From a virus (lineage: Duplodnaviria > Caudoviricetes), in the IMG/VR virus record IMGVR_UViG_3300020045_003088, positions 1 through 31,548 of that record: DNA of 31,548 nucleotides, one strand, 5' to 3'. The notes under the pieces are model-generated. The model was given only the letters and a program-made list of their open reading frames with translations, ran no database searches and was not told where the DNA came from. This document shows, in pieces, positions 24,810 to 31,548 of this stretch. Within the stretch, counting starts at the first letter, position 1, and every line of letters begins with the position of its first letter. Position numbers and translations under genes: made by a program.

Positions 24810-25151
24810 TTAGGTAATTGCATTAGTCTTCTCCTTTGTATAAGCCTTAATACGATCTTGTAGTGATGGTGCAGCAGTGAACTTCATCGTCGTGCTACCG
24901 GGATATTCTACCATCTCTAATGTACCAGTCTTTAAGCTAGCTGTAGTAAATGCTGGATTATTCTTGGGCTTGAAACTCCCAAAACCATCAAGTGCAATTG
25001 TATGTCCTTCTTTGACTAACTGCTCGACTACTTGCGTAAAAATATCAAGCATATCTGAGCATTCATACACTAGATAATCTGGAGATAACTCAGCCATCAT
25101 TGCAGCTAGATTTTTGCGGTTGATTGCTGGTGTTTTGTTCAGTTCACCCAT
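24810..25151 (-). CDS. HU/IHF-like histone-like DNA-binding protein
   Basis: NRKNLAAMMA...L..G..IALDGFGSF...TG......KFTAAPSLQDRI; start moved to MGELNK. Confidence 0.8.
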   Translation of the reverse strand: MGELNKTPAINRKNLAAMMAELSPDYLVYECSDMLDIFTQVVEQLVKEGHTIALDGFGSFKPKNNPAFTTASLKTGTLEMVEYPGSTTMKFTAAPSLQDRIKAYTKEKTNAIT

Positions 25152-25521
25152 TATCATCTGCCTTTTCGTGTTTAACCAATTCTGCTGCAATAAGAATACC
25201 TGCTACTGGACAGAAACTCAATTTAAGATTATCCGTTGAAATGAACTTATTACTGAAGTTGCCTACAATATCTTCTGCATTTACAAGCCCAAAAATAGTA
25301 GGCATTGACTGTAGATCGGCATTGGCGTAAAGCTCGATAATCTTTGGTGGCGTGGGCTTAACCCTGTATTTAACTTTAGGCGACCAACTCAAAGTCTCAC
25401 CAAAGTTAACATTAGATGTAACCCAGTCACAACCATTAAATGACCACTCAACATCCTGTCCATCAGCCCAAGCGTGGATTACTTCAGCGTGAACGTGAGG
25501 TACTGGCTTATCTTTATGCAT
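25144..25521 (-). CDS. Conserved phage protein (HAE.I.AWA.G...YRVKP type)
   Basis: HVHAEVIHAWADG...KYRVKP; AGGAG RBS. Confidence 0.65.
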   Translation of the reverse strand: MHKDKPVPHVHAEVIHAWADGQDVEWSFNGCDWVTSNVNFGETLSWSPKVKYRVKPTPPKIIELYANADLQSMPTIFGLVNAEDIVGNFSNKFISTDNLKLSFCPVAGILIAAELVKHEKADDNG

Positions 25522-25787
25522 TTAAATCTCCTATTAATACTTAACTAACCAAAACAACAAATGATACAACTGAGATTATAACCACTAATACAAAGAACAG
25601 AAGCTCTTTTTGTTGATCTTTCATTTTACTTCCATTTCTCTTACAGTCCAAGATTGACTGGAATCTGTGTTGGTTTCTTCAAGGGTTAATTGATCCGTTA
25701 GCGCATCATCAAAATCCAGATAGAGATCAATGATGTGTTCCCATTCATCATATCCATCACAGTAGTTACTTACCAATGCATAGACTT

Positions 25788-26234
25788 TCATTCAACCTCC
25801 ATTTGTTCTACTTGAACACCACTGTTCAAAAGTAATTCTACACCAGTTTTATCCCTGTATAACTCCCCGTAGACTAATCTTTTAATCCCGGCGTTAATCA
25901 GCATAGCTGAACAAGGAACACACGGTGACAATGTAGTGTAGATTGTAGCACCAAAACACGACACACCTTCCTTTGCAGCTTTGAGTACACAATTCAATTC
26001 CGCGTGAATTGTCTCTGGTTTAGTAACGAGCTTTGGCTTGTGTGGAAATGGCTGATCTTCTAGTTGTTCACATTCGTTAGAACCGCCTACAGGCATTCCG
26101 TTGTAACCCCCTAGTACTACCCCATGCTCTGTGACTAAACACGCTCCCACTTTCTTACGTTTAGCTTTCGATAGTTTAGCGTATAGATAAGCTATGCCCA
26201 TGTACAGTCCGTCGTTTTGTTGCTTAGTTGGCAT
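25788..26234 (-). CDS. dCMP deaminase
   Basis: LS.AKRKKVGA...GYNG.P.G...HAELN...TLSPCVPC...AGI..VY...Y. Confidence 0.9.
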   Translation of the reverse strand: MPTKQQNDGLYMGIAYLYAKLSKAKRKKVGACLVTEHGVVLGGYNGMPVGGSNECEQLEDQPFPHKPKLVTKPETIHAELNCVLKAAKEGVSCFGATIYTTLSPCVPCSAMLINAGIKRLVYGELYRDKTGVELLLNSGVQVEQMEVE

Positions 26235-26240
26235 AGTAGT

Positions 26241-26486
26241 TTATAGTCTAAAACTATCAATTTGATTTTGCAGTGATTGCACTTCATCCTTCATTACAAC
26301 AAACACAGAAGTCTTGAGTACTTCTTCAGTAAAAAAGATTTTACCTTCTTTGTACGGGAAGTCTAAATGAGAAGCTCCTCCTTTAGCTACCACCTCAATA
26401 AGATTAAGAGCGTCTTCATAGGTTGCATCTTTAATCAAGTCCGAATCGTACTCACCGTGATCTTTTGTTATGACTTTAATTCTCAT
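26241..26486 (-). CDS. Hypothetical protein
   Basis: 81 aa; AAGGAG RBS; ATGA overlap. Confidence 0.65.
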   Translation of the reverse strand: MRIKVITKDHGEYDSDLIKDATYEDALNLIEVVAKGGASHLDFPYKEGKIFFTEEVLKTSVFVVMKDEVQSLQNQIDSFRL

Positions 26487-26887
26487 ACTAACTCCTTAAT
26501 TTGTGTTTCGAGGATATAAACCAATCCATCATCCATATAATTATAAATATCTGGAACATTCCATACCAGTGAATTCTCTTCAAGATCCTCCTTGAATTCT
26601 GTCTCTTTGAATGTCTTCTTAGCTTGTCTAAAGTTTTCATTGTTCATGAACACAATCCGATCAGCCCAACGGATTAAATTCGCAGATAACGGAATCAGAG
26701 CCAAGGTTGAACTGCCGCATGAACGTGTGTTCAACCCTAGCTTAGAGCCTATTGCAGCAGCCGTAGGACTTCTCAGCATTCCAACAGAGCAAACGAACAC
26801 GATCTTTCTCTGGATACCCTGCGAGATATTCCCGTAGGGTGTGTTGCACCGTAGGATGTCTTGTGTTTTTGTTCTAGTGCTAATCAT
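26483..26887 (-). CDS. Low-molecular-weight protein phosphatase (LMW-PTP fold)
   Basis: P-loop VFVCSVGMLRSPTA (CX5RS); WADRIVFM; general-acid loop VPDIY. Confidence 0.8.
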   Translation of the reverse strand: MISTRTKTQDILRCNTPYGNISQGIQRKIVFVCSVGMLRSPTAAAIGSKLGLNTRSCGSSTLALIPLSANLIRWADRIVFMNNENFRQAKKTFKETEFKEDLEENSLVWNVPDIYNYMDDGLVYILETQIKELV

Positions 26888-27285
26888 GATCGCGTTAGTT
26901 TAGCATATTTCCAGCCAGTTGAACCTTCAAAATCATCTTTGCATATAAACCTATAGTATTTATATTGGTCATATGCCATAAATATACGCTCTCGCCAATA
27001 ATCATGCTTGTTGTCTCGAACACAAATCAAAGTACCTTCTTTGACTGTCTTCCAATCAACTTCTGTTTCTTCAGTTTTATTAGACGCTTCAGTTTTATCG
27101 GATTGTACTTTCCCTTGCTCAATCTCTACAGTACTTCCATGAACTATTTCATTGATCCGAGAGATATTTGCAATAATAAACTCAGGCCAACCCATTTCAG
27201 GAGAGTCCTGCCACAATTCGTACAATTGACAAGCTGCTGCACTATTGAACTCAAGTCCAGTAGATGCCTTGTAGATAATTTCCAT
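26884..27285 (-). CDS. Two-module hypothetical protein
   Basis: N-module YKASTGLEF...C..YE; C-module VDWKTVKEGTLI.V.D...W..R.F...W..AKL. Confidence 0.7.
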   Translation of the reverse strand: MEIIYKASTGLEFNSAAACQLYELWQDSPEMGWPEFIIANISRINEIVHGSTVEIEQGKVQSDKTEASNKTEETEVDWKTVKEGTLICVRDNKHDYWRERIFMAYDQYKYYRFICKDDFEGSTGWKYAKLTRS

Positions 27286-27300
27286 CAGTTTCTCCTTTGT

Positions 27301-27660
27301 TTAAATCACCCAGTCTCTTGGGTTAACCTGAACTATACCACACTCTGAGGTGTATTGGACGTATTTAACCTCAGTTTGAACTATAGCTAACTTGCAACTC
27401 AAGCACGGACAAGCACAAGCTGGTTCTCCTGCTTTATTGAACCGCTGTACTAGCAAAGAATGAACCTTAAAGTTCCTACTAGCGAGTAAACAAGCTATTT
27501 CAGCATGGAGGAATATGCGCTGATCGGACATTCCTACTTTGATTGAAAGTTCCTTTTGCCACGGATTTGACTTCGTGTATAAATTCGGGCGTGTAGCTAT
27601 GACATTCCCGCGCTTATCGAACGAAGTACAGATCAGTTCAAACTTAGTTCTAATGGACAT
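27301..27660 (-). CDS. Second zinc-dependent cytidine deaminase-fold protein
   Basis: LHAEIACL...CPCLSC (HAE/PCxxC); ATG at 27660. Confidence 0.7.
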   Translation of the reverse strand: MSIRTKFELICTSFDKRGNVIATRPNLYTKSNPWQKELSIKVGMSDQRIFLHAEIACLLASRNFKVHSLLVQRFNKAGEPACACPCLSCKLAIVQTEVKYVQYTSECGIVQVNPRDWVI

Positions 27661-27965
27661 CAACGCATCCTTTTAATCTTTCGTTGGATTTCAGCTAACT
27701 TCTTGAGTTCTTTTCGCATTTTACCTACAGTATTAAACTCTTCTTTTGACGTGAACTGATCTTCAGCTTTCTTCAACCGTTCTGCACGGATTTTATGCTC
27801 TTTCATTGACCACTCATGGAACTGAATAATCAAACTGAGTTTATCTTTCAAGTAGTCAATCTCAGCTTTAGTGAACATATTCTTCTCGTATTTCTTGCAA
27901 TCATTCAACGTACTGAACTCAGTACCATCGTTGGCTACGTATGTGCGTTTGATCTGGACTTTCAT
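27660..27965 (-). CDS. Hypothetical protein (N-terminal YxAxDGxEF...CxxYE module plus coiled coil)
   Basis: 101 aa; AAGGA RBS. Confidence 0.7.
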   Translation of the reverse strand: MKVQIKRTYVANDGTEFSTLNDCKKYEKNMFTKAEIDYLKDKLSLIIQFHEWSMKEHKIRAERLKKAEDQFTSKEEFNTVGKMRKELKKLAEIQRKIKRMR

Positions 27966-27977
27966 TATGTTCCTTTG

Positions 27978-28373
27978 TTAGTTACTATTACTTCTAAAAA
28001 TTGATGGACATTGTAGCATCAGTAAACTCTTCAAGTTATCACCTTTGTAAATATTTCGCTTGCTCATTCCGTAATAGAACATTTCTTCGACAGATGCCTT
28101 AAATGCTACACCACCCTCGGATTCTTCCATCAATTCCTCGTACTTCTGCACAGCTAGTTTCTCATTCTTGACTTGGACTAAATTGTAGACTAGACCAGAG
28201 ACTGTAAAGCACATCTTAGCGAAGGCTGTATCTGGAAGATTAGCTACACCAGAAGCTGCCATAGACGCACTAGGAGCCACCAGAACGCATGCTAGGACTG
28301 CGGTTAATACCAATGTAGCCATGTGGTGTTTAAATCGGTTAAAACGTGTTGTAGAGATTGTGGTTGATTTCAT
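27978..28373 (-). CDS. Hypothetical exported protein
   Basis: Basic N-terminus, hydrophobic core and AxA-like site (ASMAA); AAGGA RBS. Confidence 0.65.
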   Translation of the reverse strand: MKSTTISTTRFNRFKHHMATLVLTAVLACVLVAPSASMAASGVANLPDTAFAKMCFTVSGLVYNLVQVKNEKLAVQKYEELMEESEGGVAFKASVEEMFYYGMSKRNIYKGDNLKSLLMLQCPSIFRSNSN

Positions 28374-28400
28374 GTTAATCCTTTAGTTTAATACTGTTAA

Positions 28401-28838
28401 TTAGTAAGCGATGAGTTTAGCTCTCTGCCATGAGCACTCTGTATCATCGTCACTGGACTTACAAATAAAGCTGAACACGCTATCAGGATTGTACCTGATG
28501 AACTCACGATTGTGCCAATCTTCATAGAGGTAATCCTTCACATAAATCAAAGTACCTTCTTTGACTGTACTCCAGTCAACTTCTGTTTCTGCTGCGCTAC
28601 TCTGCAATTGCACTTCTGGTTTAACCTCAGCAGATGCAATCACAGTATCAACTACTTGTTTAGCATCGTACAACCCCAGATTGTACTGCGCACGAATGAA
28701 CTTAATCATTTTCACCTTCTCTGTACTGAATGCCAAGATCAACGCGTGTTCAGCGTGGGTAATATCAAGAACAGCCTCACGTACTGGATAGGAGACAGTC
28801 ACGAGGTTGTTGGATGTGTGCTTTGTTACTGTTGGCAT
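28401..28838 (-). CDS. Ribosomal protein bL12 (L7/L12) C-terminal-like domain fused to a repeated C-module
   Basis: KVKMIKFIRAQYNLGLYDAKQVVD versus the bL12 consensus K..VIK.VR..TGLGLKEAK..VE. Confidence 0.65.
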   Translation of the reverse strand: MPTVTKHTSNNLVTVSYPVREAVLDITHAEHALILAFSTEKVKMIKFIRAQYNLGLYDAKQVVDTVIASAEVKPEVQLQSSAAETEVDWSTVKEGTLIYVKDYLYEDWHNREFIRYNPDSVFSFICKSSDDDTECSWQRAKLIAY

Positions 28839-28880
28839 TTGAGTTCCTTAATTAGTTGCGATGGACGAATGTTAACACGG

Positions 28881-29072
28881 TTAAGTGATCTTCTGCAAAA
28901 GAACAGGAACTTTCTTTTCTGTGCTGTTCTGGAACGATGCGCCTAGCTCAAACGCCAGATAAACGTACTCAGCCAAGGAAGCATCCCCAAGAGATGAACG
29001 TAGGACCTGCTGTAGCTCTAACTTGTGTTGTTCCGTCATACAATAGGCTTTGTTGATTCGTTGAATTTGCAT
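28881..29072 (-). CDS. Hypothetical protein (first gene of the leftward arm)
   Basis: 63 aa; AAGGA RBS. Confidence 0.6.
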   Translation of the reverse strand: MQIQRINKAYCMTEQHKLELQQVLRSSLGDASLAEYVYLAFELGASFQNSTEKKVPVLLQKIT

Positions 29073-29213
29073 TGGTTCCTTAGGATGAATGTTGCGTGTA
29101 ACATACGTAGAACTGTCGCTATACGTATGTTGTAACTTACGTTATACTTCAGTTATACAGTATTAAGTAATTAATCTATAACTTACAAAACTTCCGTATT
29201 TCCGATAAATCGG

Positions 29214-29242
29214 ATTGTAGCACAGGAATGCTAGAATTTCAA
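29214..29242 (-). promoter_or_regulatory. Sigma70-like promoter driving the leftward arm
   Basis: TTGAAA-17 nt-TACAAT with extended TG. Confidence 0.7.
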
Positions 29243-29371
29243 CATTTACGTAAATAGTCCAGTAGGAGTGGATTTGTTGTGCAGAAACAACAGTTAGCTA
29301 CGATTTAACTTACGTAGTGCTGAAGTTCAATGATTTGTGCTAGACTTTATCCCTTTAACAATACAATTAAT

Positions 29372-29941
29372 ATGCAAAAATCAAACATTCCTTATAAATT
29401 CATCATTGGAGCATCAGTTGTACTCTCATTGACCTTTTGTTCATTGCAGAATAAACACGAGAGTGTTCCTGTGATTACACCAAAAGAACAACTCCACATC
29501 ATCAAGGAGACTCAGTGCTTGAGCGAGGCACTTTGGTTCGAAGCTGCTAGTGAACCACTAGAAGGAAAGGTGGCTGTACTGGATGTTATACACAACAGGA
29601 AGATTCACAAGAATTATCCTGACAGTTATTGTGGCGTGATACATCAGAAATATCAATTCAGTTACAGGAACCATTTACGCAAAGGACAGACGATGATTAA
29701 AACGCCCTCTAACGCCTTAGAACGCAAGGTGGCTATGGAAGTATCAACCTTAGCATTTGCGGCTGCTACAGGTCGTTTAAAGCCCTCGTTGCCACCTTCG
29801 GTGATCTTCTATCATGCTGCTTCAATTAAGGTACAGCCAAAATGGACTACTGGGAATAAATTCTGTGCTAAATGCAAAATGAAATCAAAAAATCCTCGGC
29901 TGTATGCTAAGATCGGGAATCATCACTTTTACAGGAGTTAA
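29372..29941 (+). CDS. Cell wall hydrolase, SleB/Hydrolase_2 family
   Basis: CLSEALWFEAASEPLEGKVAVLDVIHNR...YP...CGVI.Q..QFS...FYHA...P.W...IGNHHFY; N-terminal hydrophobic anchor. Confidence 0.88.
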   Translation: MQKSNIPYKFIIGASVVLSLTFCSLQNKHESVPVITPKEQLHIIKETQCLSEALWFEAASEPLEGKVAVLDVIHNRKIHKNYPDSYCGVIHQKYQFSYRNHLRKGQTMIKTPSNALERKVAMEVSTLAFAAATGRLKPSLPPSVIFYHAASIKVQPKWTTGNKFCAKCKMKSKNPRLYAKIGNHHFYRS

Positions 29942-29942
29942 T

Positions 29943-30116
29943 ATGACCGATCCTTACTGGCCCTTTCCTAGCCTGAAATACCCGTTAACACCTCCGATTG
30001 CACAGAGTACAGCGATTATGCTATCAAAAGATCAACAGAGATTAAGACTGAAGTTGTACCGGAAGAAGCACTTCTGTAGTAGAATTGAAGTTAACTTAAA
30101 GGAGATAGACTTATGA
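29943..30116 (+). CDS. Hypothetical protein
   Basis: Start moved to MTDPYWPFP (AGGAG RBS); ATGA overlap with the next ORF. Confidence 0.5.
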   Translation: MTDPYWPFPSLKYPLTPPIAQSTAIMLSKDQQRLRLKLYRKKHFCSRIEVNLKEIDL

Positions 30117-30391
30117 ATTGTAGTACTGTATCAGCACCCGATGGTAATTGGCTGTGGTGCAAGTTGATGGATTTCTGTAAGAGGCGCGGGTATGCCCCGG
30201 CTGATTTTGATGATCTGTTTGCAATAGTCGGAGAAGCTAGGGCGCAGCAAGTGGCAGTACCACTGAGTGATGCGCAGATTGAGTCTTTGCGAGAAAAGAC
30301 ATTTAGCACAGGAAACCCTTACTGCCCGGCAGACAGCAAATCTATGCATAAAGCTGCCCGAGCAATAGAAGCGCACCACGGAATTAAATAA
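30113..30391 (+). CDS. Hypothetical phage protein
   Basis: AAGGAG RBS; PLSDAQI...ARAIEAHHGIK motif. Confidence 0.7.
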   Translation: MNCSTVSAPDGNWLWCKLMDFCKRRGYAPADFDDLFAIVGEARAQQVAVPLSDAQIESLREKTFSTGNPYCPADSKSMHKAARAIEAHHGIK

Positions 30392-30402
30392 GGAAAATCA
30401 AA

Positions 30403-30618
30403 ATGAGTACAAAAAAACAAAAGAATGTAATCGCTAAATACACCTGTCCAAACTGCGAAAGCACAGAGGTTACGCTGACTCACGAGCAGGAGTTCATGGC
30501 TAACACAGGTGAGCATTACTGCCATTCAGTGAAGGTTCAAGATTCGGATTCGCGTTCGCGTTGTCTTGATTGTGGATGGACAGGACAACATGCTCAACTT
30601 ACGGGATACGGAGAATGA
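30403..30618 (+). CDS. Small zinc-ribbon protein
   Basis: CPNCES...CLDCGW; AAGGA RBS. Confidence 0.7.
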   Translation: MSTKKQKNVIAKYTCPNCESTEVTLTHEQEFMANTGEHYCHSVKVQDSDSRSRCLDCGWTGQHAQLTGYGE

Positions 30619-30938
30619 TCTATAGTAAAACACTCCACATTGAAACATCAAAAGCTCAATACAGGGTAGAATTAGATGTTGACCTGAATATAGAACCACC
30701 GGATTACTCCTGTGATAACTCTGATATTGATTACTACGGATGTACTGAGCTTATTGGATATGTAATAAATTCTGTAGAGATTCGAGATAGGATTGGAAAT
30801 CCGACAGCACCTAGACAAAAGAAGGACTGGTTGACGTATACTTGGACGGACGTTCAGATGGTGGATTTATCACCAGAAGAACAGCAAGAATTGAATGAAC
30901 AGATTAACAAGGAGGTAGAAAGTGAGTGCAATTGTTGA
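30615..30938 (+). CDS. Hypothetical protein
   Basis: Start moved to MIYSK (ATGA overlap, GGAG RBS). Confidence 0.6.
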   Translation: MIYSKTLHIETSKAQYRVELDVDLNIEPPDYSCDNSDIDYYGCTELIGYVINSVEIRDRIGNPTAPRQKKDWLTYTWTDVQMVDLSPEEQQELNEQINKEVESECNC

Positions 30939-31287
30939 ACAAATGAAGGCTGAGATAGAGTCTTTGACTAAAGAACGTGATGAGTTCAAGGCCGCTTATT
31001 ACAGTGCCGAAAGATGTGCTTCTGATCTAAGCAGAGGTTGTGCGAAGTTACAAACCCAGATCACTGAACTCAGAGCAGCAAGGTACGCATACGCTAATGA
31101 GTTCAGCTTTGATAAAGAAGGTCACCCTGATGTTGGCTCAATTCACCAGAACATTCGTGCGTTGAAAGCGGCTGCAAAGCTAGCAATTGATGTGTGCGTG
31201 GATATCTCTGGTGTAAGGATGAATCAAATGGAATATCTGAGCGTTCTTCGGGCTATAGCGGCGTTGAAGGCAGCGGGTGTGCAATGA
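30922..31287 (+). CDS. Hypothetical coiled-coil protein
   Basis: GTG start with AAGGAGG RBS. Confidence 0.65.
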   Translation: MSAIVEQMKAEIESLTKERDEFKAAYYSAERCASDLSRGCAKLQTQITELRAARYAYANEFSFDKEGHPDVGSIHQNIRALKAAAKLAIDVCVDISGVRMNQMEYLSVLRAIAALKAAGVQ

Positions 31288-31535
31288 AAATTCATCCAAA
31301 CGATACAGTCCACGTTACACTGACAGCAACAGGCGCCGCTGCACTGAATGATTTGAACAAAACAGCTAACACAGGGTTTCTACTCAGGTCTACTGTGCGT
31401 TTTCGCACAGATTACACCGAAGGTCAGATTTACAGTAATCAACTGCATCATATAATGAAGGTGTTTGGTGAGGGTTGTGACCTTGGGTTGGAGGTTCCGT
31501 TCACTGAAATGGAATTAGATGTGAAGGAACCCTGA
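31284..31535 (+). CDS. Hypothetical phage protein
   Basis: Start moved to MKIHPND (ATGA overlap); NDTVHVTLT..G...QL..IM.VFG motif. Confidence 0.6.
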   Translation: MKIHPNDTVHVTLTATGAAALNDLNKTANTGFLLRSTVRFRTDYTEGQIYSNQLHHIMKVFGEGCDLGLEVPFTEMELDVKEP

Positions 31536-31548
31536 AATAATTCTGTCG

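Larger units (their letters stand above)
27021..28590. repeat. Dispersed direct repeat, 46/50 nt identical (27021-27070 and 28541-28590)
   Basis: cacaaatcaaagtaccttctttgactgtcttccaatcaacttctgtttct versus cataaatcaaagtaccttctttgactgtactccagtcaacttctgtttct. Confidence 0.9.

Noticed and set aside
27021-28590. Diversity-generating retroelement TR/VR pair
   Set aside because: No reverse transcriptase in the window, both copies are coding, and the four mismatches are not confined to adenines of one copy.
5-28946. Numerous + strand ORFs (e.g. 5-382, 3437-3754, 13652-13966, 26965-27348, 28512-28946) and nested alternate-frame ORFs
   Set aside because: They are antisense or out-of-frame shadows of well-supported - strand genes, with no recognisable motifs or RBS.
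1-31548. CRISPR array, rRNA, integrase or transposase
   Set aside because: No regularly spaced repeat-spacer units, rRNA-like tracts or recombinase/transposase motifs were seen by eye.

Overview
Bacteriophage (tailed dsDNA phage-like) DNA, probably two pieces joined. (1) Bases 1 to about 1783 (- strand) carry a terminase large subunit gene that the ORF track only partly shows. It has a LAGLIDADG intein ending ...VHN|TSY at what looks like the Walker A GK|T site. It also has one in-frame TAA at 695-697, after which the frame stays open for 231 codons (Walker B WLDE, nuclease YVGVDFG) to the window edge. The 5' part of the intein and gene is missing at an abrupt junction near 1784-1790. (2) From about 1790 to 29070 is a dense - strand replication and accessory arm. 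Replication and repair genes: DEDD exonuclease, Zn-less endonuclease VII-like resolvase, 5'-3' exonuclease, SSB, family B DNA polymerase, T7-type primase-helicase, DenV and ATP-dependent ligase. Other genes: rIIA/rIIB, HU-like and GapR/DsbA-like DNA-binding proteins, two deaminases, an LMW phosphatase, four free-standing HNH endonucleases and tRNA-Arg(UCU). It also holds an orphan Xre/MbcA/ParS antitoxin domain and a ribosomal bL12-like domain protein. A repeat-rich divergent intergenic region (29073-29371) switches to + strand genes that begin with a SleB-like cell wall hydrolase. The best novelty candidates are the orphan antitoxin beside rIIA/B, a possible structured RNA downstream of the tRNA, and a domain-shuffled trio of small proteins including the bL12 fusion. 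All assignments come from motif recognition by eye; no searches were run.
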